Source of the DNA: a virus
Lineage: Duplodnaviria > Caudoviricetes
DNA length: 64,000 nucleotides
Virus record (IMG/VR): IMGVR_UViG_3300022906_000002
Span: 1-64,000 of that record
Reading direction: 5' to 3' (one strand)
The position numbers were made by a program, and so were the translations under genes. This document shows, in pieces, positions 56,299 through 64,000 of the stretch (positions are counted from its first letter, which is position 1; every line of letters begins with the position of its first letter). The notes under the pieces are model-generated. The model had not been told where the DNA came from. It worked only from the letters and a program-made list of their open reading frames with translations, and searched no databases.

Positions 56299-57007
56299 CC
56301 GGGTGGACGGGTGGGTGACAGAGCACTGGGATGGCATCGTTGGCGGCGGGGCGGCCGGCTTCATGCTGCTCCGCGAGCTGTACCGGATGTGGACGGAGCG
56401 CTCCAAGATCGCAGCGGACACGGCGCGCGACCACCGGGCGGAGGGCGAGGGACTCGTTTCGCAGGCGCTGGCCATGGTCAAGGAGCTTCAGGCGCGCGAC
56501 GACCGATCCCAGAAGGAGATCGCGGATCGCGGCACGCGGATCGAACGGCTTGTCGCCGAACTGGAGCACGTTCAGGAGGCGCACGAAGCGCTCGGCCGCG
56601 ACGTCGGCCGCCGCGGGCTCGCGATCTTGGCCGAGGAGCTAATCGACCCGATCGACTCCTTGGGCGGCGTTCTCGACGCGCTGCCCTGCGCCCTAGTCGT
56701 CACGCGCAAGCACGACGGCCGATTCATTTTCCCGAACCGCGTGTTCTGCGAACTACTCGGCGCCTCGCGGGCCGATCTCATCTCGCAAAGCTGGCGCGAT
56801 CGCATCGCCCCGTCAGATCTCACGGCGACTATGGCGATTGAAGCCAGGGCGCTCGGTGAGCCGGTCGAGATCGAGAACAGCTACCGAACGGGTCCGAACG
56901 CGGATGGGCCGTTGGTGCGACTGCACTGGTGGGCCGCCCGGTATGCCAAGGGCGGGGTCTCGATCGCCTACGCCATGCCGGTCACGCGGGGTCAGGACGA
57001 GACTTGA
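56291..57007 (+). CDS. TM-coiled-coil-PAS domain protein
   Basis: Short hydrophobic N-terminal helix, heptads, then LDALPCALVV..DGRFIFPN..FCELLG.S..DLI..SW.D.IAP.D PAS signature. Confidence 0.8.
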   Translation: MSDRVDGWVTEHWDGIVGGGAAGFMLLRELYRMWTERSKIAADTARDHRAEGEGLVSQALAMVKELQARDDRSQKEIADRGTRIERLVAELEHVQEAHEALGRDVGRRGLAILAEELIDPIDSLGGVLDALPCALVVTRKHDGRFIFPNRVFCELLGASRADLISQSWRDRIAPSDLTATMAIEARALGEPVEIENSYRTGPNADGPLVRLHWWAARYAKGGVSIAYAMPVTRGQDET

Positions 57008-57122
57008 GCTCCGCCCCGAACCGCGTCCGCATTCTATTCGCCGGGCGGAATTGTCCGTGCTGCGATCAGTTGGACGGTGCGCGTATTCGGAGCGGAGAAT
57101 CGGAAAGAGCTGTCGCGGCCGG

Positions 57123-57284
57123 TCAAGAGGGATCGACGGAAGCGACGTAGCGCTGCGGGAATACTGCGGCGAGCACTACGGCCTTGATCGTCCTCCGCTC
57201 TGCCGCGGCGCGGGCGAGGATCTCTATGTGCTCTTCGTCCGTGAGTTCTACGTATAGGTGCTTCGGTTTTGGCTTCTTTTCCAT
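57123..57284 (-). CDS. RHH-like protein (53 aa)
   Basis: Translated by hand: KHLYVELTDEEHIEILARAAAERRTIKAVVL; GGAGG RBS. Confidence 0.55.
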   Translation of the reverse strand: MEKKPKPKHLYVELTDEEHIEILARAAAERRTIKAVVLAAVFPQRYVASVDPS

Positions 57285-57322
57285 GGATTCCCTCCGTCCA
57301 AATCAGGGGTTTCGTTCTGCTG

Positions 57323-57460
57323 TTAGCCGTCGATCATCTTTTGCGCCGCGTCGTGGATGTCCTCGCACTTCTCGTAAAGCGCCGGCTGTCCGTGAGCCAG
57401 ACCCCTCGCGACGTTCGCAAGCTTTTTGATCAACTCAAGAATCTTCTCGGTGTCCGTCAT
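57323..57460 (-). CDS. hypothetical protein (45 aa)
   Basis: Translated by hand: MTDTEKILELIKKLAN; GGAGG RBS. Confidence 0.45.
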   Translation of the reverse strand: MTDTEKILELIKKLANVARGLAHGQPALYEKCEDIHDAAQKMIDG

Positions 57461-57546
57461 TGCTCTTGCCCTCCCGCTCGATCCTCCGGCTATTCGGAAG
57501 CTCGCGGAGTGCGCCGCCGAAGCGGCGCCCTACCGCCAGCCGCCGA

Positions 57547-58119
57547 TCAGGGCTTCAATACCCAGGCGTGCTGACTCAGAAGAACGGCAACCATGCCGCG
57601 TGGGCAGTCGCTCGCGATCCTTAACTCGCCGTCCTCGGTTCTGTAGGCCAGCGGCCGATGGTCGCCGGCCTTGTCGCGGTCGCGGTCGTAGAATTCGCAA
57701 CCCTCGGAAATCCTGCCGCCGTCCGGCAGATGCTTGACTCGATCCCGCTTGAAGACTTCCTTTGCCTTCGGCGCGTTGACGCTTTCGATCCAAGCCCGCG
57801 AGTCGTGGCACCCCGGCGCGGTCAGGTCCACGCTTAGCCCGCTCGCGCTCGGAACGCATCCCTTTTCTTGCGCAACCCTGAGCAGGGCGGCCTTTGCAGG
57901 CTCGATCTCTCGAAACCAGAGATCGTAGGAGCGGTCCTGGATCGCCCACATGACATGCAAGATGAATCCGGGGCCGTCCGGCGTGTCCTCCAGCGTCCCG
58001 CTCATCCCGTCCCAGATGCACAGGCCGTGGTCGCCCTGGATCTCACTGAGCAACCCTTGCAGGTGCGCCATCTCTGCGCGGATTTCTTCGACGCTCTTCG
58101 TGGTGATGGTTGCGTTCAT
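57547..58119 (-). CDS. hypothetical protein
   Basis: Long ORF in the leftward unit. Confidence 0.55.
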   Translation of the reverse strand: MNATITTKSVEEIRAEMAHLQGLLSEIQGDHGLCIWDGMSGTLEDTPDGPGFILHVMWAIQDRSYDLWFREIEPAKAALLRVAQEKGCVPSASGLSVDLTAPGCHDSRAWIESVNAPKAKEVFKRDRVKHLPDGGRISEGCEFYDRDRDKAGDHRPLAYRTEDGELRIASDCPRGMVAVLLSQHAWVLKP

Positions 58120-58211
58120 TGGGTCCCGCCTTTCGTAGCCAAGCCGTCCGATCATCGGAGGCTCGCGGTGACCGAGCCGAAACCCGGCTGCCGTGAACCA
58201 CCGCGGGCCTA

Positions 58212-58448
58212 CTACAAGTAACCCGGCGAGTCAGTCTCGTCGCCGACCAGAACCAGCCATGGCCGAGCAGGTCTCCAGTCCACGGGGGCGCCCGTGGAAA
58301 CCTCGGCCACCTCGACCTCGGACGAATTCGGGTTCTGGGCGATAATACGCGCCCCTTCGATACAGGTCTCCACTTTGTCGCTGAACAGATGGCGCCGCAC
58401 TACTCGGTCGCCGCACCTGAACACCCAACTAACGCCGTACCTGCCCAT
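58212..58448 (-). CDS. hypothetical protein
   Basis: AAGGGG RBS. Confidence 0.45.
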   Translation of the reverse strand: MGRYGVSWVFRCGDRVVRRHLFSDKVETCIEGARIIAQNPNSSEVEVAEVSTGAPVDWRPARPWLVLVGDETDSPGYL

Positions 58449-58491
58449 ACTAAGCCCCCTTCTCTCTGTAACCCGCTCCGCGCGGGAATGT

Positions 58492-58788
58492 TCAGTAGCA
58501 CCGAATTTCCCGAGAAAAGGTTCTCCGGTCGCCGTAGGCGTGCTCGAACCAGATCGCGCGGGGAAATGAACGGTGGCGCCCCCGTGCTGCGCGGACCGCA
58601 GCCCTTCGGACCAGCTCCGCGCCGACAGCGTTGAGCGCTTCGATCTGGTCGAAGGCGGACCGGCTTCCACGCGTGCCTTGGGCGCACGCTTCGATCAACT
58701 CGATCTCCATTTGGCGGCCGATCTCGCGAAGAAGTTCGTCTTCCATCTTGCGGGCGTTGCGGGTGGTGGTGTCGAAGTGAATCTTCAT
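58492..58788 (-). CDS. hypothetical protein
   Basis: GGAGA RBS; first gene after the promoter. Confidence 0.6.
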   Translation of the reverse strand: MKIHFDTTTRNARKMEDELLREIGRQMEIELIEACAQGTRGSRSAFDQIEALNAVGAELVRRAAVRAARGRHRSFPRAIWFEHAYGDRRTFSREIRCY

Positions 58789-58821
58789 GGCGCTCTCCGT
58801 TCGATTCGTCCAACGGGAGAC

Positions 58822-58850
58822 ATTATTCCCTCATCTTTCCTCTAAGTCAA
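58822..58850 (-). promoter_or_regulatory. sigma70-type promoter
   Basis: TTGACT-17-AATAAT (minus strand), overlapped by TTCCCTC-like repeats. Confidence 0.65.
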
Positions 58851-58904
58851 GAGGGAAATAGAGGGCATATCGATGTCGCCCAAAGAGAGTAGAATCAGCC
58901 GCGA

Positions 58905-59837
58905 ATGGCCACCGACAAGCTATCTTTAGTTATTGCTGAGGGGTGGGAGGGCGGCGGAACGCTTGCCGCGAGCTACAGCCCTATCGTCGAAGCCTTCGAA
59001 GAGCGCGCCCCGGGGATCGTTCACCACGCCGGGACATCCGCGGGGGCTATCACCGCGCTCCTGCGGGCCATTCTCGCTCCGGCCGCGCACATCCGGGAGT
59101 TGCAAGAACTGACGCCGTGGGACCGATTCGCTGGATACCGGCCGCCCGCTTTCATCCGCCTGCTCCTCCGCGGCGGATGGCACCCGATCGACTACGCGCG
59201 CTCATGGATCGCCGATCGCCTCCGGGACGCGGGGCTACCGAACGGCCTCACGTTCGCCGGGCTCAAGAAGCGCAAGGGGCACTCGCTCTACGTGGCGGCC
59301 ACGCGGTATTTTCGCCACGTGGACGGCGGCGTCGAAGCGGAGCCCTACTTGTTCAGCCCCGCGACTACGCCGGACGCCCCGGTGGGTGCCGCGGTCCTTG
59401 CTTCGATGGCGGTGCCTCTCTTCTGGCCTCCGGTCGGCGTCGGCGGCTGGTTCTTTTGCGACGGAGGAGTCGCACAGAATCATCCGCTTTCCGTCTTCGC
59501 GCAGTTCCCTCTAGAGCAGATCGTCGGCATTCGGCTCGACTCGCGGAGGGAGCTGCTCTTCGAATCCGGGGAGATCGCCAAGGAACCGGTGCGGCCGGGA
59601 ATCGGCGGAATCGTGGCCGCGAACGCCACCATGCTCCGGACGATTGCAAACCGGACGTTTGTCCCGGATACCCTATGGCCGCGGATTATCCGAATCGACA
59701 CGGGAGACGAGAGCGCCCTGGACTTCCGGGCGAACCCGGATCGGTTGGTGCGACTGCGGGCGGCTGGGTCCGCGGCGCTCGACTCGTGGCTGGCGATGGA
59801 GGAGCATAATTCTGAGCTCCAAGGAGCGAGACGATGA
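58905..59837 (+). CDS. patatin-like phospholipase
   Basis: EGGG oxyanion loop, GTSAG nucleophile elbow, ASMAVP.F.P, DGG. Confidence 0.92.
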   Translation: MATDKLSLVIAEGWEGGGTLAASYSPIVEAFEERAPGIVHHAGTSAGAITALLRAILAPAAHIRELQELTPWDRFAGYRPPAFIRLLLRGGWHPIDYARSWIADRLRDAGLPNGLTFAGLKKRKGHSLYVAATRYFRHVDGGVEAEPYLFSPATTPDAPVGAAVLASMAVPLFWPPVGVGGWFFCDGGVAQNHPLSVFAQFPLEQIVGIRLDSRRELLFESGEIAKEPVRPGIGGIVAANATMLRTIANRTFVPDTLWPRIIRIDTGDESALDFRANPDRLVRLRAAGSAALDSWLAMEEHNSELQGARR

Positions 59838-60520
59838 CGACCGTAGAAGGCCCCGCCGCGGGCGAAACGTTACGGTTCCCGCGAATCGCTACGCCGTCGG
59901 TTCCCGTGGCGAAGAAGCCGCGAACCGACCGGCCTGGCGCCATGACACCGCCGAGCCTAAACCAGATCGCCGTCCTCGATTGGCTGCGCCGATGGCCCGG
60001 ATTGCGGCTCCGCGAAAAAGGCCGATGGACGGCGACGTGGAACAGCGAAGCGTCCCGCTTACAGATGCTCCGGACGGCCGTTCACTTGCAGGGTTACGCG
60101 CCCGCAGAGGCACTGGACGGCAAGGAGGGATGGGGATCTTTCGACTACACCCCGCGGTGCGGCACGTCCACATTGAATGCGCTCATTGCTCGCGGGCTAG
60201 TTGATCCGGAGGCGGTCGGCAGGTATCTCCACTACCGCCTGTCGGACGCCGGGCGCGCGGCCCTCTTGCGCTTCTGCTTCCTGCTAGCCGCCTTCGTTCC
60301 GGTGAGGTCGAGCGAGCGGACGAAGCGGCCCGTTAAACCGTCTGCCGGGTTACTCAAGCGATACGGCGGCCGGGCGGCGGCGGAGTCGCACATGAAGTTC
60401 CACCAACAGCAGGCCGCCTACCATGCCCGGATCGCCGACCGTCTTCGCGCATCGCTCGAACTTTACGAAGGCTCCGAAGAGCAGCGCCGGGACGAATGGA
60501 AGGCGCGAGCAAAGCGATGA
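59834..60520 (+). CDS. hypothetical protein (winged-helix-like)
   Basis: STLNALIARGLV...YRLSDAGR. Confidence 0.55.
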   Translation: MTTVEGPAAGETLRFPRIATPSVPVAKKPRTDRPGAMTPPSLNQIAVLDWLRRWPGLRLREKGRWTATWNSEASRLQMLRTAVHLQGYAPAEALDGKEGWGSFDYTPRCGTSTLNALIARGLVDPEAVGRYLHYRLSDAGRAALLRFCFLLAAFVPVRSSERTKRPVKPSAGLLKRYGGRAAAESHMKFHQQQAAYHARIADRLRASLELYEGSEEQRRDEWKARAKR

Positions 60521-60744
60521 TCGACCCAGCATTCACGCACCGCGGATGGTTTGGAGTCTGTCCGATTTACCTTGACGGACTCGGCGACGGTCCAGTTCTC
60601 GCACCGCGGCATTGGATCTTCGAGCCCCTGCTCTGGATTTCCGAGGCAGCCTTTGCGCTGGCGAACTTCTGGCTTTCGGCGACCGATCCGGAGTTCGAGC
60701 CCGGGTTTCCGATTCGGGTTACGGGGCTGATTGTGCGGCCCTGA
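60517..60744 (+). CDS. hypothetical protein
   Basis: FTHRGWFGVCPIYL; coupled. Confidence 0.55.
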   Translation: MIDPAFTHRGWFGVCPIYLDGLGDGPVLAPRHWIFEPLLWISEAAFALANFWLSATDPEFEPGFPIRVTGLIVRP

Positions 60745-60746
60745 CC

Positions 60747-60775
60747 TTGACGCCAAACCGGCTTCGGCATAGACT
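60747..60775 (+). promoter_or_regulatory. sigma70-type promoter
   Basis: TTGACG-17-TAGACT. Confidence 0.7.
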
Positions 60776-60811
60776 AGCCTCCTAATGCCCGCGAGGGGGC
60801 AGGGGGGCAAT

Positions 60812-61057
60812 ATGGATCGAACGGTCGGAACTTGCGGTGAGTGCGGCGGCCGCGTGACGCTCCCGGAGGCATGGATGGGCACAAGGCCGCCGATCCCGAG
60901 TTGCGAAAGTTGCGGGGCCACAAAGGCGCAGCCGTACGGGCCGGTGGTGAAGATGCGGCCGCGTCCCGTGGCGGGCGTCGTCAACGTAGCTGCGCGGGGC
61001 AAGTCGGCGGCGGAAATCGAGGCGTATCTTCGCGGGTGCCGGAAGGTGATCGCATGA
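60812..61057 (+). CDS. Zn-ribbon protein
   Basis: CGECGG...CESCG. Confidence 0.55.
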   Translation: MDRTVGTCGECGGRVTLPEAWMGTRPPIPSCESCGATKAQPYGPVVKMRPRPVAGVVNVAARGKSAAEIEAYLRGCRKVIA

Positions 61058-61338
61058 GCGCGTGGTCACAGCGCGTCGATCAGCTTTTCGCCGACGAAAA
61101 GGAACTCGCCTCGATCCCCGAAGGCGTGACTCTCGAACGCGACGGGCGCGGATGGTTCTGCTATTGCACCTTCCTGGACTACTTCGCGGGCGGAGATACT
61201 CCGGCGGATGCCGTGCGCCGCTTCTGGCTCGGACTTATGGCGACGATCGCACTGAACCTCAGGAATTCCGGCGACTTCAAGCCAGTTCCTCGCGCGCGAT
61301 ACGACGAAGAGCTGGCGCTCGGGAGGGCTGCGGCGTGA
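61054..61338 (+). CDS. HicB-like (RNase H-fold) protein
   Basis: LERDGRGWFCYCTFLDYFAGGDTPADAV. Confidence 0.55.
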   Translation: MSAWSQRVDQLFADEKELASIPEGVTLERDGRGWFCYCTFLDYFAGGDTPADAVRRFWLGLMATIALNLRNSGDFKPVPRARYDEELALGRAAA

Positions 61339-61682
61339 CGCGACCGAAAGGGGCGCCGCCGGAGCTTCGCCGTTCGGATGAAGTCCTCGAAGAGATCCGC
61401 GCGCTGCTCGCCGATCAATCCGTCGTCGGCGTCCAGGGGTTTAAGGTCACGGCGAGGACAGAGCACTCGACCCGTCAAGTCGAATGGGGCGATCAGCGCA
61501 TCCGGCCGTCCGCCTACCTCTCGGCCATCGGCAAGTCCGGCGGCGAGCAGTCCGGATTCGTTCGCCGATTTGAGCGTGCGATGGCCGACCGTAACCTTCT
61601 CGACGCGGTCGGCATGGCTCGGGTCGAAGCGCGGCGAGAACTGGCGACCAAGGCGGCACGCAAGCGGTGGGGAAAGGAGTAG
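61335..61682 (+). CDS. hypothetical protein with a basic C-terminal helix
   Basis: YLSAIG..GG...RRELATKAARKRW. Confidence 0.55.
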   Translation: MTRPKGAPPELRRSDEVLEEIRALLADQSVVGVQGFKVTARTEHSTRQVEWGDQRIRPSAYLSAIGKSGGEQSGFVRRFERAMADRNLLDAVGMARVEARRELATKAARKRWGKE

Positions 61683-62015
61683 AATCCGACTCGCCCGCGC
61701 GCACCGCCTCCAGTCGGAACCCGCGCGAGCTTCGGGCGGCTCGGTAACGCGGGTCGCCCGTTTTTCGCTTAGTCCGAGTTATCCGTCGGGCTAAATTTAC
61801 CCTCCAAGCTAAACGTCTCTAAGCCTCCGCCCGTCGTGCTATCCTTCACTCAGCGCCCGGACAGTTCGGTGGCGGCTCGCGCAAAGGTTCTTCGCTGTCG
61901 ACAAAACTACCAGACGGGTTTTTCGCTCGGCGATAGGTGACGGGGTCAAAGGAGTGGCAAGCGACAGCACGGGAGGGCAGTACACTCCGGCGCTTGCCGA
62001 GGTTGACGGACTCGG

Positions 62016-62645
62016 TCACCGAGGATCGAGCAGCGCACCGGAGCCGGTGGAAGCCCGGCGAATCTCTTCGTAATAGTTGTCGTACCGCGCGTCATCCGGA
62101 TTGTCCCAGATTCTCCGAAGCACATCGTAAGACAGGCATGCGGGCCAGTCCTGGTACGCGCGGTGGCGCTCTTCTCGCACCTCCCTGCGTCGGATCGTCG
62201 CATTCCGAATAACGCCGCCCAATGGCCGATAGGCGTGAAATCGGACCATTCCGAGCCTCGGAACGCGAACCCTGTTGTTCTCGCACCCAACTCGTCCAAT
62301 ACCAAAAGAATCGAATCGCCGCTGACTGCGGAATCTGGGGAACCCCGGCGCAGCCCCTCCCGTTTTATGCCGGCGAAAGAATGCCTTGAACGCTCGATCG
62401 AGGCGACGGAGAATTGAGCGAGCGGTATCGGACGGTACGGCAGCGGCATCACCATCAACCGCCCTAATGGCCACCAACTCGGCGGCCTGATCGTTGTAAT
62501 TGACCGAAACCCGCGCCGCTTTCCACGCGCCAATGCGATGCTCTAACCCAGCGTTGTAGAGCTGGCGGCAGAATTCCAGCCACGCAAGCAGGACGGTTTC
62601 CTGCTTGCGGGTTGGATAGAGCGGGTAGCGGTAGGTGCGGATCAT
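62016..62645 (-). pseudogene. tnpB: C-terminally truncated IS200/IS605 TnpB (no RuvC) fused to an unrelated tail
   Basis: TYRYPLYPT..Q, CRQLYN.GL, LDRAFKAFF, PGFPRFR, VPRLG..RF, I.NATI.R, then no GIDLG or zinc finger. Confidence 0.8.
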
Positions 62646-62655
62646 GAGATCGGTA

Positions 62656-62883
62656 CTATTCCTCCGGTACCAGAAATGCCCCCTCGCCTTCGGGCCAGTG
62701 CGGATTGTTCAGGCGCCACCCCTTCGGCGGTTCGTACGATGCGCGCGGATCGGCAAGGTCGAGCAGGAGGCGCGATACTGACTTGCGCTCGACTTCGGCC
62801 CGCTTGCGTATGCGGGCGGCTTCGTGCTCGTTGCACGTCAGGCGCAGGCGGACAGGCCGGCTCTTCGTGGCAGTGCTCGGCAT
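62656..62883 (-). CDS. RHH/MobC-like protein
   Basis: VRLRLTCNEHEAARIRKRAEVERKSVSRLL. Confidence 0.6.
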   Translation of the reverse strand: MPSTATKSRPVRLRLTCNEHEAARIRKRAEVERKSVSRLLLDLADPRASYEPPKGWRLNNPHWPEGEGAFLVPEE

Positions 62884-62886
62884 GGC

Positions 62887-63732
62887 TTATGCCGCCTTCT
62901 TCTGCGCTGTGGCGATCGAGCGCGGCAAGGCAATGGCCTCGGGAATTGGGAAAAGGTCCTCGCGGCTCGCTTTCAAGAGTTTGGGTTCGGCGCGATCCAG
63001 AAAATAGCGGAGCGCGTTTTGAGACCGGGCGAACATATCCGCCCGCGTTCCGCGCGCCCGGCATTCCCGATTCGCGAGCAGCCAGTTCCGCATCTGGAGA
63101 GCGGCGTTGTCGTCGGGGACGGTGAGCGGCGTTCCGCTCTGGAGAACGTTCACGTAATCGAGCAGACGGCCGCGATCGTGGCCAAACCAGGCGCGGGCTA
63201 CGGGCGCAAGGACGGGCGCCACGGTCACGCCGCGGACATGAGTCTTGACGGCGTCCGCAGCGAACATCGCGGCAGTCCCGTAGCGTTCGTAAGCGTCTGC
63301 AAGTTCACTCTTCGAGAACGTTCCTTTGCCGATGACTGAATTGAAGAACGCCAGAATCGCCACTGTCATGATCTCGACCTGATGAGCGCCACCCGAGTTG
63401 ATCGTGAGCACATCCGCCCCCGTTCGCCGTCGGTGGTCATCCATGACAATCTGGCGATCGTGAGGCACGTTCCGGCTCACCATCATCTCGACCGGAACGC
63501 CCGCCATCATGACGGCGGCGAGCCGATGCTGCCCGTCGAGGAGGTGGCTCGCTTCGTCGAAGGCGATGCCCTGGTGAGTCAGGAGCCATCGGCCGGCCAC
63601 CATGTCGCGGGCCATGTTCAAGACGGTACCTGTCGAGACCTTCCGATTCGCCCCCTTCGAGTCAAACCATGCCTTCGCCTGGTCCGGCGTCACCTTGACG
63701 ATCTCGGTGACGATCTTTCCGTTTCCGCTCAT
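62887..63732 (-). CDS. ParB-like N-terminal (DGQHR) phage protein
   Basis: VTP.QA..W, NRK, ARDM..G.W, IAFD...LLDGQHRL.A. Confidence 0.75.
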   Translation of the reverse strand: MSGNGKIVTEIVKVTPDQAKAWFDSKGANRKVSTGTVLNMARDMVAGRWLLTHQGIAFDEASHLLDGQHRLAAVMMAGVPVEMMVSRNVPHDRQIVMDDHRRRTGADVLTINSGGAHQVEIMTVAILAFFNSVIGKGTFSKSELADAYERYGTAAMFAADAVKTHVRGVTVAPVLAPVARAWFGHDRGRLLDYVNVLQSGTPLTVPDDNAALQMRNWLLANRECRARGTRADMFARSQNALRYFLDRAEPKLLKASREDLFPIPEAIALPRSIATAQKKAA

Positions 63733-63914
63733 AGCCCTCCCTCGGCGCCTAGCGCCTCTTCGATTTTCGAACCAGACGCAAGCGCCTTCGCGACGCTTGG
63801 CGCCGGCAATCCGGACATCTCTGCGATCTCTTCGATCGGGTATCCCATCGCGGCCATGCGCTGGCAGAATGCGGCCTGTTCGGTAGTCAGGGCTCCGCGG
63901 CCCCATTGCTTCAT
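63729..63914 (-). CDS. small HTH protein
   Basis: MGYPIEEIAEMSGLPAPSVAKAL. Confidence 0.5.
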   Translation of the reverse strand: MKQWGRGALTTEQAAFCQRMAAMGYPIEEIAEMSGLPAPSVAKALASGSKIEEALGAEGGL

Positions 63915-64000
63915 GTGCGCTTGTCGCGCCGGGCTCTGAAGGTACCGATGGCGACACCATCCGCGGTGCCCCCATGATTGACCGCAAGGGCAGTCGCCGA

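Noticed and set aside
58905-59837. CBASS operon (patatin plus nucleotidyltransferase)
   Set aside because: The NTase is about 55 kb away in the window and is RlaP-like, not a CD-NTase.
62016-62645. Active IS605 element or Cas12-like nuclease
   Set aside because: RuvC and zinc finger are absent, with no tnpA and no array.
1-64000. CRISPR array, integrase/att site, rRNA, reverse transcriptase or DGR
   Set aside because: No regularly spaced repeats, recombinase or RT motifs, or TR/VR pair were seen by eye.

Overview
This window is a densely coded, GC-rich segment of a tailed dsDNA phage genome, probably siphovirus-type. No host genes, integrase or att site are visible. Layout: (1) 1-12 kb: two DNA methyltransferases, a CCA-adding enzyme, an RlaP-like Pol-beta nucleotidyltransferase, an initiator/DnaC-like/DnaB replication module with iteron-like repeats, a SLOG protein, a metallopeptidase and a DUF2280-type small terminase. 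(2) 12-22 kb: a promoter-dense array of small early/accessory genes, including a SPOUT RNA methyltransferase and two HNH-type nucleases. (3) 23-29 kb: TerL and a tRNA cluster, flanked by three Cys-containing fibre-like proteins with signal peptides. (4) 29-51 kb: a Mu-like portal, an antisense insert, then S49 protease, capsid, neck, tail tube, tape measure and tail tip genes. (5) 51-64 kb: mostly leftward accessory genes, a patatin and a truncated TnpB. The most notable signals are a two-gene operon encoding a stand-alone ETR1-like (ethylene-receptor) membrane domain and a TM-coiled-coil-PAS protein with no output domain; a tRNA maturation/repair toolkit together with an atypical tRNA-like RNA; secreted fibre-like proteins; and several structured non-coding gaps. 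All calls come from motif recognition by eye. No searches were run.
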